The notes beneath the pieces are model-generated. The model worked only from the letters and a program-made list of their open reading frames with translations. It searched no databases and was not told the DNA's origin. Shown piece by piece: positions 10,232-20,380 of a DNA stretch of 64,000 nt. Made by a program: the position numbers and the translations under genes. How positions within the stretch are numbered: the first letter of the stretch is position 1; every line of letters starts with the position of its first letter. This DNA comes from Puniceicoccales bacterium (GTDB taxonomy: Bacteria > Verrucomicrobiota > Verrucomicrobiia > Opitutales > UBA9783): the NCBI GenBank assembly GCA_031258545.1, contig JAIRMU010000015.1:12761-76760 (forward strand), given 5' to 3'.

Positions 10232-11659
10232 ATGAAAACAGAATGGCAATTTAAAACATCGTACGATGCGTGCGTGGTTGGAAGTGGTTTATCGGGATTG
10301 ACGGCAGCCAACTGTTTAGCAAAATTAGGGCATTCCGTTTTATTACTGGAGCAACATTTTCAATTGGGTGGCCTTGCGGCTTGGTTTAAGCGCCCCGGAG
10401 GTTATATCTTTGATGTGTCTCTGCATGGATTTCCCATAGGTATGATAAAATCTTGCCGACGTTACTGGAATAGGGAGATTGCAGATTCCATTGTACAATT
10501 GCCAAAGGTGCGCTTCATCAACCCACAGTTTAATTTTTATACAACTTTTGACCGAAACGATTTCACGGAGAAATTAACGCATACCTTTAAGGTTCCTTCA
10601 AATGTCGTTGAGCAATTTTTCGACCACCTGAGAGCCATGAATTTTTACGATGCCGATGCGCGTACGATTGAAGAACTCTTTGAAGAATTTTTTCCAAATC
10701 GGCCCGACATCCATCGTTTATTAATGGAGCCTATTACGTACGCAAATGGTTCAACACTGCAGGATCCCGCAATCACCTACGGAATTGTTTTTTCTAATTT
10801 TATGAGCAAAGGGGTATATACATTTAAAGGAGGCACCGATCGGCTCATTCAAGCAATGAGTTTGGAATTGCAAAAAAATGGTGTCGACGTTGCAAAAGGT
10901 GCCCTCGTGGAAAAAGTTTTTACGGAAGAAACAGGAGGTCAACCGGTCGTACAAGGCTTGCGGGTCAATGGAACAGACATTGCATGTAAAGCCATCGTTT
11001 CAAACGCAAATCTGCAAACGACCGTACTAAAATGGTTGGATACTAATGTATTGGACGACACTTTCCTACAAGCAGTCAAAGCTGTTCGGCTCAATACGAG
11101 CTCCTGTCAAGTCTACATGGGGTTAAAAGTGGGAGAAATGTTACCCCCAATAGGCGATCTAATCTTTACTTCCGAAGCCCCGCGCTTTTCCAGTTCGGAA
11201 TTGAAGCTGTCGAATACCCAAAGTCGCACTTTTTCCATCTATTATCCGCACATTCGTCCCGATCATAAACCCGCACATTACACGCTTGTTGCCTCCACAA
11301 ATGCCCTGTGGGAAGATTGGGCAAATTTATCGGAAGAAGCCTACAAATCGGCCAAAGAACATTTAAAACAAAGAACGTTGCAGGCTTTGGATAAAATTGT
11401 TCCGGGCATAGGAAACAAATTAGGTTGGATTGAAGTGGCCACTCCAAAAACATTTAGCCGGTACACATTGCATGTCCAGGGGGCTTCCTTTGGGACCAAA
11501 TTTGAAGGATTGAAGGTTTCCATGGATTTACCCAAATATGTTTCCGGATTATATCACTCGGGGTCCGTTGGTATCATCATGTCGGGATGGTTGGGAACCA
11601 TTAATTACGGTGTCATTACCTCTAGTAAAGTCGACGCATATCTGCGACAATTGGCTTAG
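10232..11659 (+). CDS. Phytoene-dehydrogenase-like NAD(P)/FAD-dependent oxidoreductase
   Basis: Rossmann motif VVGSGLSGLTAA...LLEQHFQLGG; C-terminal ATPKTFSRYT...GASFGTKFEG and GLYHSGSVG. Confidence 0.85.
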   Translation: MKTEWQFKTSYDACVVGSGLSGLTAANCLAKLGHSVLLLEQHFQLGGLAAWFKRPGGYIFDVSLHGFPIGMIKSCRRYWNREIADSIVQLPKVRFINPQFNFYTTFDRNDFTEKLTHTFKVPSNVVEQFFDHLRAMNFYDADARTIEELFEEFFPNRPDIHRLLMEPITYANGSTLQDPAITYGIVFSNFMSKGVYTFKGGTDRLIQAMSLELQKNGVDVAKGALVEKVFTEETGGQPVVQGLRVNGTDIACKAIVSNANLQTTVLKWLDTNVLDDTFLQAVKAVRLNTSSCQVYMGLKVGEMLPPIGDLIFTSEAPRFSSSELKLSNTQSRTFSIYYPHIRPDHKPAHYTLVASTNALWEDWANLSEEAYKSAKEHLKQRTLQALDKIVPGIGNKLGWIEVATPKTFSRYTLHVQGASFGTKFEGLKVSMDLPKYVSGLYHSGSVGIIMSGWLGTINYGVITSSKVDAYLRQLA

Positions 11660-11854
11660 TTGCCGTCGCTTGATTTTTTACAAAGCAGTTCCCTTTATGA
11701 GCCGCGTAATACCTGCGTATCACAACCAATCACTTGCCTAAAAACATCGCAATCAAGGTGCAAACATAGACCTATTCGCAGCAGTAAGGCAAAAGTTACA
11801 TAAGTTTAAAAAGATCCTTTTTCCACGCACGAGGCACGCAACCAGTTTCACGCC

Positions 11855-12559
11855 TCAAAAACGAGGATTCCGCGAATAAAAGCAAAAATTGCACGGCGTC
11901 TCGGTTACTTTCAATTTTAATCCAGGCTGCATGAGGGTCGTTCCAACGTACAATCCATGCCTACCTCCCGCAATGTACGGGAAATAATCATTACTACCTC
12001 CAAACCGCCGTCTTTCGGTCGCATAAAAAATACCGCTGGCAGCTGGGCTAGTTGTTGAATAAAGCTGCACATGTGAGTTAGTCGATTTTTTCAAATGTCC
12101 AATAACGAGTTGATTCAAGACACTTGCCGCTTCGACAATCTTTTTTGCAGCAGAGAACGTAACCAAGGCCCTATACAATGGATAATAAGCTAACTTTGTT
12201 CCACTGTTGCACTCATCCCCAACGTAATAAATGACTCCCCGACCCCCTTCAACCATACCGCGTTCTTGAATTAAGAGTAAGCAATTACCTACTTTCGGAA
12301 ACGTTGTACTTGCGTAAGTGAAACCGAGTGCACTTGATAAATCGGCAAATACGTAAAATTCGAGCGAATTATGCACATCTTTTTCCATGTATTTCGAAAA
12401 CGTTCTCAACTGCTCACTTAATTTGCTGTTTCCGGAAATTAAGTAATACTGATTCAGTTGTGTTAAAAAAAATTGCGTGCAAAAAGTCAAAAAAACACCG
12501 GCCATAACGCCTGCCAACATGATTTCAACTAAAGTAAATCCTCTCGATTTATTCTTCAT
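11855..12559 (-). CDS. Prepilin-type N-terminal cleavage/methylation protein (minor pilin/pseudopilin-like)
   Basis: Short basic leader MKNKSRG|FTLVE followed by a hydrophobic helix. Confidence 0.8.
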   Translation of the reverse strand: MKNKSRGFTLVEIMLAGVMAGVFLTFCTQFFLTQLNQYYLISGNSKLSEQLRTFSKYMEKDVHNSLEFYVFADLSSALGFTYASTTFPKVGNCLLLIQERGMVEGGRGVIYYVGDECNSGTKLAYYPLYRALVTFSAAKKIVEAASVLNQLVIGHLKKSTNSHVQLYSTTSPAASGIFYATERRRFGGSNDYFPYIAGGRHGLYVGTTLMQPGLKLKVTETPCNFCFYSRNPRF

Positions 12560-12592
12560 TCACGAAGAAAATAAAAGAAATAAGACATAAAT

Positions 12593-13981
12593 TCAATCAA
12601 AAATTGAAATGAAAGGATCTACTTTTAATGCTTGTTCTCTTTTGGAGCCTGCAGCACAATTGCTAACAAAATTTACCAGCTTTTCTCTTTCAACGAAGGT
12701 AACATTGTGGGTTGCCACATGTTTGACCTGCACTTGATTATTCTTTAGTTCGTTGGATCCGTAAAACAAAATGAAGTTTGGATTGTATTCCAGAGCTTTT
12801 TTGAATTGTTTGGAAACGGGACATTCTCCCAATAGGTACGTCACCGATAAACCGTTCTGCCTTAAACTGCCAACGTCCTGCAAAGCTTGTTTGCGGGTAC
12901 CGTCTTCAAACACAACAAAGCAATCCAAAGAAAATGCTATGTTGGGCAACAGGCGGTACTTCTGCAATACATCGACCAAGGTGACATCGCCCACGGCAAA
13001 TCCGACAGCCGGTAAGGCATGGCCCGTAAGTTTTTCAAACAGTAAATCGTAACGACCTCCACCGGCGAGTGCACGCCCATCCAAACCCGCTTCAAAAACT
13101 TCAAAAACAAATCCCGTATAGTAGGCAAGTCCACGCACGATACCCAAATCCATCTGCACAAATGAACCGCATTGCAGCGCGTCCAGTTCTTCCAATAATT
13201 TTTCCCAAGTCAACAAACGCTGATTGACAGCTTCTTTCAGCGTATCATTCGGATTCAATGCGTCAAAACATTCTCGAATTGCTTGCAACGTATTGGACTT
13301 CCGCAATTGTTCAGCGCCGATAAAAAATGTTTGCACATGCGCTGTGGAAGACAAATAGCGCGCCACATCTTTTTCCAAGTCTTGCCTTTCACGACGTTCC
13401 CATTTATCAAGCACGTGCAGCAATCCCATCTGAGTACCGCTTTCGCCGATTCCCAAGGCCTGTAACCAGAGGATCCAAATTTGGCGGTCACTGAGGCGGA
13501 TGTAAAGATGTTGTCGGCCCAGTCCAAATATGCTAAAACTTTCGATGGCCAATGCAATTAATTCTGCTTCTGCATAAAAAGAGGCCTCTCCCACAATATC
13601 AACATTAAATTGGTAAAACGACCTCAAGCGCCCCTTTTGTGGCCGTTCGTAGCGAAAATTTTCCGTAATATTAAACCACCTAATGGGTTTTTTTAGACTT
13701 GCAGCACGCGTTCCGATGAGTCGCACCAACGAAGGCGTTGTTTCAGGTCTCAGAGCCACTTTTCGTCCACCACGGTCCTCAAAGGCGAATAATTGTTCTA
13801 TGATTTCTTCGCCCGATTTTTCCGTAAATAACTCCAGAGGCTCCAAAATTGGGCTATCAAATTCCACAAAGTGAAAACGATGTGCCACTTCTCTCCATGC
13901 CGCAAACAAGGTGTTGCGTACGGCGCATTCCGTTGGATAAAAATCTCGAAACCCTGGCAATGTCTCCATCACACCTGCCAT
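12593..13981 (-). CDS. hisS: Histidine--tRNA ligase
   Basis: GFRDFYP, LRPETTPS, FRYERPQKGRLRSFYQFNVD, VRGLAYYTG, GGGRYD. Confidence 0.97.
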   Translation of the reverse strand: MAGVMETLPGFRDFYPTECAVRNTLFAAWREVAHRFHFVEFDSPILEPLELFTEKSGEEIIEQLFAFEDRGGRKVALRPETTPSLVRLIGTRAASLKKPIRWFNITENFRYERPQKGRLRSFYQFNVDIVGEASFYAEAELIALAIESFSIFGLGRQHLYIRLSDRQIWILWLQALGIGESGTQMGLLHVLDKWERRERQDLEKDVARYLSSTAHVQTFFIGAEQLRKSNTLQAIRECFDALNPNDTLKEAVNQRLLTWEKLLEELDALQCGSFVQMDLGIVRGLAYYTGFVFEVFEAGLDGRALAGGGRYDLLFEKLTGHALPAVGFAVGDVTLVDVLQKYRLLPNIAFSLDCFVVFEDGTRKQALQDVGSLRQNGLSVTYLLGECPVSKQFKKALEYNPNFILFYGSNELKNNQVQVKHVATHNVTFVEREKLVNFVSNCAAGSKREQALKVDPFISIFD

Positions 13982-13989
13982 TGTCCCAT

Positions 13990-14310
13990 TTAAAGCAACT
14001 TTTGCAAATCTTTTACATTAAGATTTTTCAACTGTTTTTTCAAAGCCTGGCCAGGCCTAAACTTAATCACCGCATGATCTGGAATGATGATGGGTTTATT
14101 GGGATGTTGCGGATTGCGGCCTATGCGACTCTTGTGAATGCATACTTCTAAAGTCCCAAAATTTCTTAATTCTACGTATTTCCCATTTACCAATGCCAAT
14201 TGAATACTCGTTAAAACCGTTTCCAAGGCTTTCCTTGCCTCCTTTGGGTCAATGCCCGTTGACTTGCACATGCGCAAAACAAGATCTCTTTTTGTCAAAT
14301 TAGGCCTCAT
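13990..14310 (-). CDS. HU/IHF-family DNA-binding protein
   Basis: LTKRDLV, VELRNFGTLEV, RIGRNPQHP, IKFRPG. Confidence 0.92.
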   Translation of the reverse strand: MRPNLTKRDLVLRMCKSTGIDPKEARKALETVLTSIQLALVNGKYVELRNFGTLEVCIHKSRIGRNPQHPNKPIIIPDHAVIKFRPGQALKKQLKNLNVKDLQKLL

Positions 14311-14386
14311 GCTATTTTTGGTTAAATTTTAAATTTACTAACCTTTATAAATGATCAATTATATAACCGATTAAAGTCAATCCTTT

Positions 14387-16006
14387 ATGGGAAAAAAGGA
14401 AGATAATTTAGAAAATATCAAAGAAAAGCTGCAGGAAATCTTTGGCAAGGCATCTTTGCACTTTGATAATTCAGGCTTTTCAGGCGATGAAGCGGAAAAT
14501 ACTTCTGCAAAAAATACGACGACGGAAGAAGAATTAAACTTAGAAATTTTAAAACAAATTGAAAATTTTAATCTAAAGCCGCGAGAAATGCGTGATTTTT
14601 TAGACAGGTACGTCATTCAACAAAATGAAGCAAAGAAGGTTTTGTCGGTGGGTATCTGCGATCACTACAATCACGTAAGAAGTTGCCTAGAACATCCCGC
14701 ATACGTGCAGCAAAATTATCACAAACAGAATATCCTTATTTTGGGCCCTACGGGGGTTGGTAAAACCTACTTGATCCGCACCATAGCGCGTCGCATCGGA
14801 GTCCCGTTCGTCAAAGCGGATGCAACAAAATTTTCAGAAACGGGCTATGCGGGTGGTGACGTGGAAGATTTGGTTCGTGATCTCGTAAAAGCCGCCAATG
14901 GCAATGTTGATTTGGCTCAATACGGCATTATCTACGTCGATGAAGTCGACAAAATTGCGTCCATGCAAAATGCACAAGGACGTGATGTTTCCGGCAGAGG
15001 GGTACAAATCAACCTGCTGAAACTTATGGAAGAAAGCGATGTCAATTTGGTGACGCCGACGGATATGATGGGACAATTTCAAGCCGTTTTAGACCTGCAA
15101 AAAGGTAAGGGTAGATCGCAAAAACGCTCCATTAATACCCGACATATTTTGTTTATATTTAGTGGCGCTTTTGATAAATTAGCCGAAATTATAAAACGGC
15201 GTGTGGAGCAGTCAACCATGGGGTTTGGCATAAATTTGGAAATCAATACCGAGGAAATAACTTCTTATTTACACAAAGCGACCACGCAAGATTTTATTCA
15301 ATACGGATTTGAGCCTGAATTTATTGGACGTATTCCCATTCGCGTGGCCTGCGATTCTCTCAAACAAAAGGATCTGATCCGTGTTTTAACGGAATCCGAA
15401 GGGTCTATCTTAAATCAGTATCAAAACGATTTTAAAGGGTACGGCATCGACATGCAAATTACCCGCGAAGCCATTGAGGAAGTTGCCCATCTCGCCGAAC
15501 AGGAAAAAACGGGAGCCAGAGGCCTCATGACGATTTTAGAACGCATATTGCGAAATTTTAAATTCGAATTGCCTTCTTCGGGCATCCATTTTTTTGAAAT
15601 CAATACGGATACACTCAAAGATAAAGAAAACTATCTAAAGCAGTTATTGGTAAACAATCAGCCGATACTCGAAAAAGCATGTAAATCATCTATAAAAACG
15701 TACGAAGACAGTTTTTTTAAAACAAATGGACTTAAAATCAAATTTTCTCCGGAAGCTGAAAAGTTGCTTGTGGAACAGAGTATAGAACAGGATAAAACAA
15801 TCCATGCATTGTGTGAATTGCTGTTTAAAGACCTTGCCTACGCATTAAAAATTATTGCGCGTAATCAGCAAAAAGAAAATTTTGTCCTGACGGATGAATG
15901 TGTAAAAAATCCGCAAAAGACTTTATCGCAATGGATCATAGATAGTTTTGAAAATCTTCAGCCGGGCACAAAAAATGAACTTGGTATTACAAACGATCGC
16001 CAATGA
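14387..16006 (+). CDS. ClpX-like AAA+ ATPase; no N-terminal zinc finger, extended C-terminus
   Basis: LDRYVIQQNEAKKVLSV, Walker A GPTGVGKT, ADATKFSETGYAGGDVE, Walker B YVDEVDKI, RDVSGRGVQ, MGF loop, PEFIGRIP, TGARGL. Confidence 0.85.
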   Translation: MGKKEDNLENIKEKLQEIFGKASLHFDNSGFSGDEAENTSAKNTTTEEELNLEILKQIENFNLKPREMRDFLDRYVIQQNEAKKVLSVGICDHYNHVRSCLEHPAYVQQNYHKQNILILGPTGVGKTYLIRTIARRIGVPFVKADATKFSETGYAGGDVEDLVRDLVKAANGNVDLAQYGIIYVDEVDKIASMQNAQGRDVSGRGVQINLLKLMEESDVNLVTPTDMMGQFQAVLDLQKGKGRSQKRSINTRHILFIFSGAFDKLAEIIKRRVEQSTMGFGINLEINTEEITSYLHKATTQDFIQYGFEPEFIGRIPIRVACDSLKQKDLIRVLTESEGSILNQYQNDFKGYGIDMQITREAIEEVAHLAEQEKTGARGLMTILERILRNFKFELPSSGIHFFEINTDTLKDKENYLKQLLVNNQPILEKACKSSIKTYEDSFFKTNGLKIKFSPEAEKLLVEQSIEQDKTIHALCELLFKDLAYALKIIARNQQKENFVLTDECVKNPQKTLSQWIIDSFENLQPGTKNELGITNDRQ

Positions 16007-17951
16007 AAGTCGTGGCATTGCCATAGACGCAATTGAAAAGGCCAATTCGGGTCATCTGGGGCTACCGCTAGGGTGTGCCGAATTGGGCACCGTTTTATTT
16101 GGCCAATGCTTGAATTACAATCCCGGCAACCCAAGATGGTTGAATAGGGATCGTTTTGTGCTTTCCGCGGGTCACGGTAGCATTTTCCTATACACATTTT
16201 TACATTTGAGCGGCTATCCCATTTCCCTGGAGGATCTCAAAAATTTTCGTCAATTGGGGAGCAAAACACCGGGACATCCGGAATTTGGCCATACGCTTGG
16301 TGTCGAGGCAAGCACGGGTCCTTTGGGCCAAGGGATTGGGAATGCGGTCGGCATCGCTTTATCCCAGAAAAAGGCAGCCGCTTATTTTAACTCCGCACAA
16401 TATACAATTTTTGACAATACGGTGGTATGCCTTTGCGGCGATGGCTGCCTACAGGAAGGCGTGGGTCAGGAAAGTATTGCATTGGCAGGGCATTGGGGAC
16501 TCGACAATTTAATTTTGTTCTACGACGCCAATCAAATAACGCTGGATGCCCCACTATCCGCCTCGCAAACAGAAAAGGTACAGGACAAATTTGAAGCCAT
16601 CGGCTGGGCAGTGCGTAGCGTTGATGGCCACGATTGTGAGGCAATTAAAGAGGCGTATCAATGGGCCAAGACGCGAGCCGGTAAGCCCCATCTCATCATT
16701 TTAAATACGCTTATCGGAAAAGGATTGCCCGACATTGAGGGAACATCCAAAGCGCATGGATTTGCGGGCATCAAATTTGCAAATCAGGCAAAGTTAAATT
16801 TGGGCTTGGATCCCGAAGAGCACTTTTTTATTTCCGAAAAAACCTACCAGTACTTTCAAAAACGCAGGCAAGTATTGCAAAAAACCTACCTTCAGTGGAG
16901 CAATATTTTTCAAGCCTGGAGTCAAGAAAATCCAGAAAAAGCAAAATTATTATACGAACCAACTCACCTAGATGATGCTTTTTTTAAAAGCCTGAATGCG
17001 GCATCCCCAAAGCCTCAGGCAACAAGATCCCTGGCAGGTGAAGTGTTAAATCAGGTGTCCCAAAAAGATCCCCTATGGGTAAGTGGCAGTGCGGACCTGT
17101 TTGAATCTACGAAGAGCTCCATCAAAGATGGGACCATTTTTCAACGAGACAATTTAATGGGTCGCAATCTCATGTTTGGCATTCGCGAACATGCTATGGG
17201 GGCTATCTTGAATGGTATCGCCTACGATAAAATATTTAAGCCGTGTGGGTCCACATTTTTGGCATTTTCCGATTATTTAAAACCGGCGCTGCGTGTGGCC
17301 GCTCTCGCTCATTTGCCTGTAAATTATTTTTTCTCGCACGATTCCATCGCCGTAGGTGAGGATGGACCTACCCACCAACCCATCGAACATATGGCTTCTC
17401 TGCAAATGATCCCCAATGTACAGGTTTTTCGACCTGCGGATTACGATGAGATGGTAGGTTGTTTCCAAATGGCTACGCAATGCACGAGCGGCCCAAGCGT
17501 TTTTATCCTTTCCAAACAAGATTTACCCCCATTACCTCTGTTGGACTCGCAACAAAAACGTGCCGGTACCGTGAAAGGCGCTTATGTGCTACATAAAGAG
17601 CAACAGGTGCTGGAATATATTATTATGGCGAGTGGCAGCGAAATATCGTTGGCCCTGGAAGTAGCAAAATTATTGGGCTCCAATACACGCGTCGTCTCCA
17701 TGCCGTCACGCACAAAATTTCTGCAACAGAGTGAAGCATACCAGTCTGAAATTTTACCCAAACAATGTCTGCGCCGCATTTTCATTGAAGCGGGATGTTC
17801 TTATCTGGCACATCAATTTGTGGGCCTGTGCGGTCTTGTGATAGGCATTGACCAATTCGGCATCAGTGCTCCCCAAGAGCAGGTGTTCGAAAAACTTGGC
17901 CTCACGCCACCGGCCTGTTATCAAAAAATTGTAACGCACACTTGGGATTAA
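15975..17951 (+). CDS. tkt: Transketolase (start moved to in-frame ATG 15975)
   Basis: ANSGHLGLPLG, RDRFVLSAGHGS, TPGHPE, GDGCLQEG, FGIREHAMG, HDSIAVGEDGPTHQP. Confidence 0.96.
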   Translation: MNLVLQTIANESRGIAIDAIEKANSGHLGLPLGCAELGTVLFGQCLNYNPGNPRWLNRDRFVLSAGHGSIFLYTFLHLSGYPISLEDLKNFRQLGSKTPGHPEFGHTLGVEASTGPLGQGIGNAVGIALSQKKAAAYFNSAQYTIFDNTVVCLCGDGCLQEGVGQESIALAGHWGLDNLILFYDANQITLDAPLSASQTEKVQDKFEAIGWAVRSVDGHDCEAIKEAYQWAKTRAGKPHLIILNTLIGKGLPDIEGTSKAHGFAGIKFANQAKLNLGLDPEEHFFISEKTYQYFQKRRQVLQKTYLQWSNIFQAWSQENPEKAKLLYEPTHLDDAFFKSLNAASPKPQATRSLAGEVLNQVSQKDPLWVSGSADLFESTKSSIKDGTIFQRDNLMGRNLMFGIREHAMGAILNGIAYDKIFKPCGSTFLAFSDYLKPALRVAALAHLPVNYFFSHDSIAVGEDGPTHQPIEHMASLQMIPNVQVFRPADYDEMVGCFQMATQCTSGPSVFILSKQDLPPLPLLDSQQKRAGTVKGAYVLHKEQQVLEYIIMASGSEISLALEVAKLLGSNTRVVSMPSRTKFLQQSEAYQSEILPKQCLRRIFIEAGCSYLAHQFVGLCGLVIGIDQFGISAPQEQVFEKLGLTPPACYQKIVTHTWD

Positions 17952-18080
17952 ATGCAATAATAACCGTAAAAATTGATAAATTTTAGAGAGGGCTAAGGCT
18001 ATTTTTTTAACAAATTAACTTGCAATTTGGTAGTGCAAACCAATCTTTAAAATAAAGTGTAATAGATTGAATGGGCAAAG

Positions 18081-19001
18081 ATGTTAAAACTAGCTATAAA
18101 ACGTTTCGTGGAAGCAATATTGGTTTTATGGTGTCTATTAACTTTAACGTTTCTTATTGCCCATTGGGTTCCCGGAGGGCCTTTTGATGCCGAAAAAAGT
18201 ACTTCGCCTAAGGTTTTGGCCCAGTTAAACGCATTTTATGGGTACGATCAACCCATTTTTGTACAATATGCGCACTACATAAGAAATTTATTGGCTTTGG
18301 ACCTGGGCCCCTCCATGCGTTATCCCGGCTACAGCGTCAATCAGCTGCTCAAAAGACGCATTCCCGTAAGCTTCGAATTGGGATTTTGGGCCATGTTGGT
18401 AACCGTACTCTGGGGTGGGACTTTGGGCGTCATTGCCGCCGTTAAAGCCAATACCTGGATAGATCGCGCACTGATGAGTATCTGTTTGTTTGGATTAACG
18501 TTACCCACTTTTGTTGTGGGCCCATGTATCATCTTTGTTTTTGCACTACAATTGAAATGGTTTCAGGCCATTGGGTGGAATCATTGGACGGATCGTATTT
18601 TGCCCACCGTAACACTGGCATGCATGTACAGTGGCTACATGGCGCGTTTAACCAGAACGTACTGCCTGGAAGTGTTTTCATCGCATTTCGTAAGTGCTGC
18701 ATTTGCAAAAGGATTATCCAAGGCCCGCGTTTTTGCTTTCCACGTATTAAAAAATGCCCTGGCTCCCATATTAACCTATCTGGGTCCAACTTCGGCTGCC
18801 ATTATGAGTGGATCGCTTGTGATTGAATCATTATTTCAAATTCCGGGGGCAGGGTCCCTATTTATTACGGCGGTTGGCCAAAGGGATACACCTCTACTGT
18901 TGGGAACGGTCCTCTATTTCGCCCTATTAATTATTATTTTCAATCTGCTTGTGGATTTAATTGTGCTGATGTTAGATCCTCGGCAAAGATCAAATTCGTG
19001 A
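18081..19001 (+). CDS. oppB: Oligopeptide/dipeptide ABC transporter permease (OppB-like)
   Basis: VPGGPF, DLGPSMRY, PVSFELG, ARLTR...AAFAKGLS, IESLFQIPGAG, NLLVDL...LDPR. Confidence 0.88.
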   Translation: MLKLAIKRFVEAILVLWCLLTLTFLIAHWVPGGPFDAEKSTSPKVLAQLNAFYGYDQPIFVQYAHYIRNLLALDLGPSMRYPGYSVNQLLKRRIPVSFELGFWAMLVTVLWGGTLGVIAAVKANTWIDRALMSICLFGLTLPTFVVGPCIIFVFALQLKWFQAIGWNHWTDRILPTVTLACMYSGYMARLTRTYCLEVFSSHFVSAAFAKGLSKARVFAFHVLKNALAPILTYLGPTSAAIMSGSLVIESLFQIPGAGSLFITAVGQRDTPLLLGTVLYFALLIIIFNLLVDLIVLMLDPRQRSNS

Positions 19002-19846
19002 AATATTCTTTTCCACAAATCTCCCATTATTTTTTTCAAAACCCATGGGTTTTGTGCAATGTTGTATGTTTATGTGGCATCATCGGTCTATGCCTACTGG
19101 GACCTTGCTTTTACATACACGATTACCATTCTCAAAATTTATTAATGAGCGCACAATTACCTTCCCTAAGTCATTGGTTCGGAACGGATATTTTGGGAAG
19201 AGATTTATTGGCCCGCATATTGTATGGCGGGAGAACCTCTCTGTTCATTGGCTGTGCCGCCAGTCTTATCGCCATAGGCATCGGATTAATTTACGGCATT
19301 ATTTCAGGCTATTGCGGCGGTAACGTAGATCGCCTACTCATGCGCATAGTGGATATTTTATACCCGTTGCCGTTTACACTATTGGTGATACTGCTGATGG
19401 CACTTTTAGGGCACAACATCACCCTGCTCATATTTGCCATCGGAGGTATAAAATGGTTGACGATGGCACGCATGGTACGAACACAAATTTTAAGCCTAAA
19501 GATGCATCCCTTCGTACAATGTGCCCGATGTATGGGACAATCCACGTTGGGCATTTGGCGTAAACATCTTCTCCCCAACCTAATGAGTACCGTCATTGTT
19601 TACGGTACGTTGCTCATGCCCAATATTATTTTAGAAGAGGCTTTTATCAGCTTTTTAGGCCTAGGCATACAACCCCCTTTAAGCTCTTGGGGCATTCTCA
19701 TTTTTGATGGGGCTCGGCATATGGAAGAGCATCCTTGGTTACTTATTTTCCCGTGCCTATTTTTTTCATCGACGCTATTTACCCTCAATTTCTTGGGTGA
19801 CGCCCTGCGGGACGCCATGGATCCTGTCCGTTGCCGCTACAAATAA
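18998..19846 (+). CDS. oppC: Oligopeptide/dipeptide ABC transporter permease (OppC-like), GTG start
   Basis: HWFGTDILGRDLLARILYGGRTSL, ARMVRTQ, HLLPN, EAFISFLGLGIQPP, LGDALRDAMDP. Confidence 0.9.
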   Translation: MKYSFPQISHYFFQNPWVLCNVVCLCGIIGLCLLGPCFYIHDYHSQNLLMSAQLPSLSHWFGTDILGRDLLARILYGGRTSLFIGCAASLIAIGIGLIYGIISGYCGGNVDRLLMRIVDILYPLPFTLLVILLMALLGHNITLLIFAIGGIKWLTMARMVRTQILSLKMHPFVQCARCMGQSTLGIWRKHLLPNLMSTVIVYGTLLMPNIILEEAFISFLGLGIQPPLSSWGILIFDGARHMEEHPWLLIFPCLFFSSTLFTLNFLGDALRDAMDPVRCRYK

Positions 19847-20072
19847 TACACAGAGACGCTACGGGATAAAGGGATCCCCAATGCCTATTTATTTTAAGAC
19901 AAATGGGCAACGATGTTCCCGTTTTCCATGAAAACATGCCACGCTACAGCTTTTCTTAAACCCATTCCAACCAAAAAACACTCGGAACGCTAGCCACAAG
20001 CGTGTACAACATCTTTTCGAACAGCATCGTCGTGCACAATAAAATTTAACCTTATACCAAAATACTTTATAC

Positions 20073-20101
20073 TTGATATTGTCACCCCATTTTATTATTC
20101 T
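20073..20101 (+). promoter_or_regulatory. Putative sigma-70-type promoter of sctSTU
   Basis: TTGATA-N17-TATTCT, followed by exactly 6 nt before the GTG start at 20108 (leaderless geometry). Confidence 0.5.
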
Positions 20102-20107
20102 TTCACT

Positions 20108-20380
20108 GTGGGACAGTCGGTTATTATAGACATAGCAAGTAAGGTAATGATGCTTGTGTTGATTTTGTCATTACCTTCCATTCTATTGGCAACCATTGTT
20201 GGGCTAGGGGTCAGTTTACTGCAAGCGCTTACGCAAGTCCAAGAACAAACTCTAAGTTTTGCGGTGCGATTGATTTGCATTACCCTTGTTCTGTTATTTT
20301 CGGCCCATTGGATTGGCAACGAACTTATAAAATATATAGAATCTATTTTTATCCAAATTCCGAGAATTACGGGTAAATAA
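20108..20380 (+). CDS. sctS: T3SS export apparatus SctS (EscS/YscS; FliQ homolog)
   Basis: LSLPSILLATIVGLGVSLLQALTQVQEQTLSFAVRL; first gene of an S-T-U cluster. Confidence 0.92.
   Translation: MGQSVIIDIASKVMMLVLILSLPSILLATIVGLGVSLLQALTQVQEQTLSFAVRLICITLVLLFSAHWIGNELIKYIESIFIQIPRITGK

Noticed and set aside
10232-11659. Carotenoid biosynthesis gene crtI
   Set aside because: No crtB, crtE or crtY neighbours; called only phytoene-dehydrogenase-like.
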